Assembly: GCF_902459465.1 (NCBI RefSeq)
Contig: NW_022985714.1
Span: 1 to 64,000 of the forward strand
Reading direction: 5' to 3'
Length of the DNA: 64,000 bases
Source of the DNA: Asterias rubens
Lineage: Eukaryota
Shown piece after piece: positions 56,804 through 64,000 of this stretch (within the stretch, counting starts at the first letter, position 1; each line of letters begins with the position of its first letter). The notes under the pieces are model-generated. The model was not told the origin of the DNA. It did not search any database and was given only the letters and a program-made list of their open reading frames with translations. A program made the position numbers and the translations under genes.

Positions 56804-58749
56804 AATAACATCATTCAGGAAACACTGTCAAACAGAAATCTGTTTAAACAATTATTTTCTTAAAGTTTTATTTTTGAGAATTCTAACTACATGTATTTCT
56901 TTTTTGATACAGTGTGTGAATGGGCGTGTTGCCTTACTTTGAAAATGAAATAAAAATTCCGTACATAAGTAAATACATAAGTAATTAATTGAATCTGCAA
57001 GCTTTTTGATGAAATCTACTTAATCAAGTTATTTGACATATGGAGCAAAGTGCCTTGTTTTAGATAACTCTTACGTTTGCCAGGGTATATGATTTGTATA
57101 TGTATATATTTTATGACTTTAAAAGACTTCAAATAAAAAAAGGGCCAATGTATACAAAATAATTATTACTGCTTTCGGCGAATGTGGACATGCTCAACCA
57201 ACCTTGCCAAGCTTCAAATAATTCCATAGGGTTGCTAAGGGTTTGTACTTATACAACTTATTTGAGTGTTGATTATGATGTTTTTAGGCATTCAGTTTTG
57301 AGGCTTATCATGTCTCCTTTTTTGTTTGTGTTAGTACCATGTGTGCATAGTACCATGTGTAAATATGAAACTTTAAACTACTTAAACTTCAATGTTTTAC
57401 TTAAAAGCCAATTCATACTTTTAGTAATTTTCAAAGACCAGTTTTCTCACTTAATGCATGATTCCCAACGATTCATAATTTGTTGTATAACATTCGGGTT
57501 CAATTGGTCATCAAAGTTGACAGAAAATACTAAGAAGTACACCCTTTTGCATAATTATAATTGTGTGTTTTCAGATGCCCGAGAAAGGCTTCATGCCTAA
57601 AGCCTTTCTCAGGTTAAATTGTTGGGGTTAACCACTCTTTCTCTTAAACTACAGTACAATTGGGGTAATTTCTAACCATATTTAATAGTACCATCAGCAG
57701 CTCACCAGTGATCTTTACAAAGAAAGTTTTGGTAATTGATTTTTCTAGTAACAATCCCTTTGAACTACTTATTGTTTATTAGTACACGTGATGTGATTGT
57801 TATTATGGTTTAATACGATTATATCACTTTTAAATTATATTTTGGTGATTTTAATGTTTTATGAGTATTGTGTAATAATTTTTGTTATATATAGGACTTC
57901 GGTGACAGGTTTGAATTTATTATGCGACCAAAATTTAGTCTTTTATTTTTAAAAATTAATTTTGGAAAGGTATACAGCATTGGTCATTTTTGCTATACAT
58001 TTTACACCTTTAACAAAATACATATTGAATGCAGTTTTGTATATTAATTTTGATCGGCTTTACATGTAGTCTTGATCAGGGACTGTGTTTTGTGTATTTA
58101 GTCTCCGATAGAGGGCGCTACATCGACAGTTTTAGAGGCTGGCTCGAGAGACTAAGCTAGTTAAATCCGGATCGAATTGTTTGTGTCGTACAGATATCTT
58201 TTCTCCAGTAAATCGTGTTGTGATATCGGCAACTGGCTATGTTCCTGAGCGTCGCCATTCAAGGCTACATAACTGTTTCATTGAAAACAAAATGGGAACA
58301 GGTGTTTATTGAGTCAAAGAGAGTCAATACACCGTCATCTGTCTAAGTACAAATCTTCTAATATCCCATCAAGTTAATTATTAACTATATACAAAGACAA
58401 ACCTTTTTACATTTTTAAAAATAAATAAATGGATATTTTGTAATATAAAAAAACTATTTTAAGGTATCTTTGTAATAAAATATACGATTTTCATTTATTT
58501 AAGCTGAACTTGTTAATCATTGTTATCACACCAAACGGGTAATATGGGAAATAAAACTAATTGAAATGAATAGTTTTGCAGGTTCTCTTTTGACGTATTT
58601 GAGTCTGCATTAGGTTTAATTCTTCCTTGCAAACCGGAAACAATGAATTGGAAACTAAAGTGTGGCAGTGTCACAGCACCATCAGTGACAACAACAACAA
58701 ACAACCGTAGACATGTTTCCAAGCAAACATCCTAAACGAATATGGGATC

Positions 58750-59122
58750 TTAAAAAGGCAGTGGACACTATTGGTAATTGTCAAAGACTAGCCTTCACAG
58801 TTGCTGTATCTCAACATATGCATAAAATAACAAACCTGTGAAAATTTGAGCTCAATCGGTCAAAGAACTTGCGAGATAATAATGAAAGAAAAAACACCCT
58901 TGTCACACGAAGTTGTGTTTGTTAGATGGTTGATTTCGAGACCTCAAGTTCTAAATCTGAGGTCTCGAAATCAAATTACTTCTTTCTAAAAAAAACTACG
59001 TTACTTCAGAGGGAGCTGTTTCTCACAATGTTTTATACCATTAACCTCTCCCCATTACTAGTTACCTAGAAAGGTTTTATGCTAATAATTATTTTGAGTA
59101 ATTACCAATAGTGTCCACTGCC
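58750..59122. mobile_element. TTAA-type MITE family B
   Basis: GGCAGTGGACACTATTGGTAATT / AATTACCAATAGTGTCCACTGCC TIRs. Confidence 0.8.
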
Positions 59123-61624
59123 AAAAACCAGCGAAAACATTGAAAAGTTGGAGTTGGGTTATGATGAGTTGGATGTACATTTCAACCCATGTTTGGTAGA
59201 GTTTTATCTACTACTTGATCACCCGACTTTTAGTTTAGAGGGCACACTTTTAAAGTAAACCAACCACTTAGTTAAAAACATGTTTTGCCCACTTCATGAA
59301 ATCAAACCAAAACTAGGCGACTTAGTTAACCAAATAACTGTAAATCGGTGAAATTTTAACCAATGTTTTAAGAGTGCACGCGTGATTTATAGCGCTAAGT
59401 TCAGAGAACTGTCGGACGGTCAGTACGAAGCGGTTCCGGAACAACACACTCTCTACATTTGCTATTTTTATCTTTCTGAGAATACCTTAATTAGCTGCAG
59501 CGCTAGAAATAAAACTATGTGGCTCTTTTGGTGGTTATTTATTTTCTGAACATTGTGTGGAAAGCTATGGTTTCATTTCGTCATGTTTAGCTGGAAACTA
59601 AAGTTAAGAAAAGGTTGTTTGTCACAACTCCCCGGAAAGCACGTGGGTAGTTTTAACTACGTCACATATTCTTGCAATCTCACTCAGGATGCAGAACAGT
59701 TACTCCCAAGCGAAGGTAAACATTTCCATCATCACTCTTAAAATTGCGGGGGAGGGGGGAGGGGGTGGGGACTACAGAAGCCTTAAGCAGCATTTGATTA
59801 TTTAATAGTTTAAGGCATTTTGAGAATCATTCCATTTTGTCTTTATGTAAAAAGAAATAGTTTCTATATGCCCCCATATTTGAACCTCGTTACTGTAGTA
59901 ACGCTTCACGGAGTGCGTACCTGTTCAAGGGAGAACTCTTCCTGCTGGCAAATTCGCTCCGGATGTTCGACGATATGTCAAAAACTTTCACCTTTTGAAG
60001 TTACGTTTTAATACGTAAGTTTTATTGTGTACATCTAGATGATTAAAACAACCGAACGGTTCCATAAACTTGTCTTTACAATTATTCAAAGCAATTATGC
60101 TGTCGAAACCTCACAAAATTACTTCCGTGTCCAGACATTTGGAATGTGAGGCGCAAAAACTAGTTCTTTCAAGTGCCAGAGACAATAATATACGACCTCT
60201 CTCCTCCCACTTCACTGATTCACTGATGAAACATGGATCTTGGGGTCGAAGGTCATGCTGAGCACATGTGCCCTTTGAGACCCTTTTACACTAGGGGAAC
60301 AATGCAATACTTAACGGGGACTTCTGAAACAAAGAGTGTGTTATAGATACCTGGAACTATTTTGATAGCATTAGGAACAGGTGACAATTGAATTGTTTAA
60401 AGCGTTTTGAGGAACAAACTAAAAGTGAGTGGTTTAGTTTTGTACTCGAAATGTTGCTTTTAATGTTTTTAGTTGGTATTACATGGTTGGTAAGTGTAAA
60501 CACCTGCTAATTTTTAGTCTGAAAGCTATCTGATTATTAAGTTCCAATTGTTTTTGTGTATTTTTCTCCCTTTTTTCAAACAAGTTTGCGATCGTTTTTA
60601 GTATTTATTGATTTTAATGTGAGTTGTCTTTTGTAAATTTGGCACCGGGCCACGATCTCATCTGTGACAAATAAAACAAATGAAATGAAATAAAATGAAA
60701 GTTGATACCAGGACACTTTTCTGTCTTTGACTAAATCTTTGAAAACAACAGAACTCGGTTGGGTACATTAGGGACATCGATGGTTAAGTTAACGCTGAAA
60801 ATTTTGCGTATTTTCCAACTATTTTCTCCCGGCTCTCACACAACGGATAAACCCCAAACTTTGCACACAACAATAAATCAAAAACATCTCAAACAGTCCC
60901 AAAGCGACCTATTTGGATTAAGCACAAGTTTGTGAACATCTTTAAAACAAATTCCTGGGCTGGACTCATGCTCTCACACAGTACCCCCACCCAACTACAC
61001 AACAGGGTCAATAAACCTAGCAACTGGGTCGCCTTCTGTTGCGTCAAATTGAAACATTGCCGAATATTGGACCCCTAGGTGCGCGGTGTCGGGCATGGAT
61101 TGCGGTTTAAAGGGGAAGTCACATGACACAAAGTTAAATACGTCATCATGATTCTCCCGAAGCAGGGAGGAATCTACTAGTAATAATAATCAAATAAGCT
61201 AAAGATGAAGAGAGTATCTCGTCAAAATGGGTAAAATCACTGCTTAATTTGTGCATTTCTTACAAAATAATTAACATCTATTAAAATAATTAACACTAGT
61301 TATTAACATTTTAATAAACCTAGCTGACTATAAGTAAAGGCACACAACTTTATTCACTAAATGTACCTGGCTCGATTTTGTACAACTTCACATCTTTTAC
61401 ATTTCAAACAAATAAGTCAACCGGATAAGTTGATCATCCCAAAATGGGTGGGCGACAAGCTGCTTTAAAACTCAACCTCAGTCACGAACCACCCCTCATG
61501 ATCTTGACTCTAAGGAACACCTACACTTGTCATTATTTACATCGGCACATACCTTGAAAGACCAGACACTCTAAGCGACAAGTCTTAAGTACCCTATTGG
61601 ATTTACACGGAAGTGATCGACAAG

Positions 61625-61673
61625 TATAAACAAGTTGGTGGAGAACTATTTTCATTTCACAACAAGAGCACGG
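61625..61673 (+). promoter_or_regulatory. Candidate TATA/Inr promoter and 20-nt non-coding exon for CLCA
   Basis: TATAAA at 61625, Inr-like TCATTT with its A at 61654 (29 bp later), donor CGG|GTAAGC at 61673. Confidence 0.4.
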
Positions 61674-62343
61674 GTAAGCCTAGTTGTGCCGGCGATATCT
61701 TCCTGCCCCGAAGACAACTTCTAGAGGAAATAGTTGTAAAACTACGGAGTAATATATCTAATGACACTGAAACGCTATAACCGGTTCGGATACCAAACGC
61801 TTGTTTACATGTAGGTGCAACCAAAATGACAAGTCATGTAATACGGACATTGTTGACATAACATGCGACTTGGAAAACATTCTGACATTGAAACTTTACA
61901 CTTTCAGAAGGAACTGGTGAAATCAAGTACGCTTTTCGGATACATGAATCGGTGGTATTTAATTATCAAAGAAGTCGGGTAACATGAAGTAGAGCTTCGA
62001 AGGCAGGAAAAGACTCTGGTTTCCGTGGAATCGCGTGCAGTGCAACTACGCTTTAGGAAGGCTGCGGTATTTTTGACTTCGGTACCTTCATTCAACATTT
62101 CATTGTTTCTTTAGCGTGGTCTGAAACTTTTCGCACAGAGGCTCTCTTTTTGCATTATGAAAGGTTTGTGCAAATAACAAATCTCGTTTTGAAATTTGTG
62201 TTTCCTTTAGAGTGTGGCCTGGAACTTCGCATGACGACAGGTTTATGCAAAACACAAAATCTCCTTATTTGAAATTGGTGGCGGAGGAAAACGTTGTATG
62301 GAACATTTATGCAATTTGTCTATATATCAACAAGCCAGCCAAT

Positions 62344-62541
62344 ATGATGCGATGCAGAGCCTTCAGTATCACCGTGTTTGTCACACTGTTTGGCAGTGTC
62401 TTCACGATGGACATGCCACCCCCACGGCTGGGCAATTGGAACCGTGCACCAGTCACACTCATCGACAACGGCTATACAGGTCTGGTTGTAGCCATTGCTG
62501 ATAGCGTGCCTGAAGATCCTAAACTCATTGACGACATTAAG
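62344..62541 (+). CDS. CLCA: First coding exon of a calcium-activated chloride channel regulator (CLCA) family gene; the rest lies beyond the window
   Basis: MMRCRAFSITVFVTLFGSVFT (signal peptide) followed by VTLIDNGYTGLVVAIADSVPEDPKLIDDIK, matching the CLCA N-terminal motif L.NNGY.GIVVAI...VPED..LI..IK. Donor AAG|GTAAGT at 62541; acceptor at 62210/62211. Confidence 0.85.
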
Positions 62542-63180
62542 GTAAGTCTTTCAGTTGGTTACACCCCCCCCCCCCCCCCCCACCACCACCACTCATGGCC
62601 CTTTCACACTACTCTACTCCCGGGGTTGTCCCCGGGAATAACGGCCGGACTTTTCACACTTGTTTAGACATTTATTCCAATATTGGCAACAACCAACACA
62701 AATGTATCAAATGTAATTTAAAGCATTACATCACAGATTACAACAACAGTTGATCGCTTTACCTCCAGTCTGCCCTCAGTGTCTGCTCCGGCAAATTGGC
62801 ATTATCGGTGATATGCGGTATATAATAACTGTCTATTATTAGTAGTATCTATTAGTCATCACAGCATTAAACAACTTAATTGCAACTATGATACGTCAAT
62901 AGAGGTTCAATTTAATCATGTGAAATTGGGACAAATACTATTTTTTTATCGTAAAAGTTGAGTGTGTCAGGGTAAAGCTGTCAGTTTTGTCTGTGGTTTA
63001 AGTTCATACAAATATAGGCTAGCAATTTGGCTTGGTTTTGAATTACAACCTTCCAGACACCTGTCCTTCGCGCTGGAGCGGTATCGAAAACCCAAAGTGG
63101 ATTTTGCCTCAAGTTTCACCCCCTCTAGGTTCTGCCTTGGATTCACTTTAATCTGGACTTCATTCGCTCTGGGTGGCATA

Positions 63181-63859
63181 TTAAAGGCACTGGACACTAT
63201 TGATAATTACTCAAAATAAATGTAAGCGTGAAACTTATTGGGTAACGAGCAGTGGGGAGCTATTATAACACAAGTGAGAATTGACTCCCTCTGACGTAGT
63301 AACGTTGTTTTGAGAAAGAGGTAATTTATCATTAAAACAATAAAATACTTCAGTTGATGTGGTATTTTATTATGCATCTTAAACGCACAAAATAATGCAA
63401 TTAGTGCGTTTTTCGGTCAATATTCTCTTACAAGTTCGATGCCCAAAATGAGCCAAAATCTTCACAGATTTGTTATTTGATGCATATGTTGGGCTAGACC
63501 AAGTGAGAATACTGGTGTGTGACAAATACAAAAGATGTCCAGTAGTCTCACTTGGTGTATCCCAACAACAAATCTGTGCACATTTTGACCCAATTCATCG
63601 TCGCAGTTGCAAGAAGATAATGGGGGGAAAATACACCACAAGTTTGCGTGCTTTCAGATGCATAATAAAAGGCTCCAGCTGATGAAGTATTTTTTGTTTG
63701 TTGAGTGAGAAATAACTTTGTTTTCTTCTGAAAAACTACCTTACTTCAGAGGGAGCCGTTTCTCACAAAGTTGTTTACTAGGCCTACCAGTTGCTCGGCA
63801 GGCAGATTTTATACTTACAAATGTTTTGAGACGTAAGTAATAGTTTCCAGTGTCTTTAA
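63181..63859. mobile_element. TTAA-flanked MITE family B-related, longer variant
   Basis: TTAAAGGCACTGGACACTA...TAGTTTCCAGTGTCTTTAA; internal similarity to 58750-59122. Confidence 0.7.
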
Positions 63860-64000
63860 ACAAGTCCTATAGTTTGATTCCTTTGATCTGATTTCTTTGC
63901 GGAAGGAGTTGGGTAAATGTTAGATGAGGAGCAACAGTCACAACAATTGCTTGAAAATTAAGTGTCACGCGAGGGCGCACCACGAGAAAAGAGCACACGG

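Overview
AT-rich, intron-rich animal genomic DNA. It is probably an echinoderm such as a sea star, inferred from the SpSHR2-like TR2/4 receptor and the repeat families; the species cannot be proven from sequence alone. I reconstructed five genes by hand from splice sites and reading phase. (1) The 5' part of a minus-strand gene for a signal-peptide, mucin-like protein, head-to-head with (2) HEMK1 (+, 8 exons, 427 aa). (3) A TR2/TR4 (NR2C) orphan nuclear receptor (-, 14 coding exons, about 667 aa), convergent with HEMK1 and head-to-head with (4) EOGT (+, 15 coding exons, 559 aa, C-terminal RDEL). (5) The first coding exon of a CLCA-family gene (+). Introns are full of MITEs (TTAA- and CWG-targeting), tRNA-derived SINEs, Penelope-like remnants and intron-private tandem arrays. 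The strongest second-look signals centre on NR2C: an N-terminus built from phase-0 Q/E/V-rich micro-exons; three miR-96-type 8mers and two Pumilio elements in its 3'UTR; DR1/DR2 nuclear-receptor elements in its own first exon and intron; an 11-bp minisatellite that reads as a DR5 (RARE-like) array; a splice-signal minisatellite; and a palindromic pair of degenerate hammerhead ribozymes. A 104-bp array in an EOGT intron carries a C/D-like unit antisense to the 18S m1acp3-pseudouridine site. No database search was possible, so all homology calls rest on recalled family motifs.
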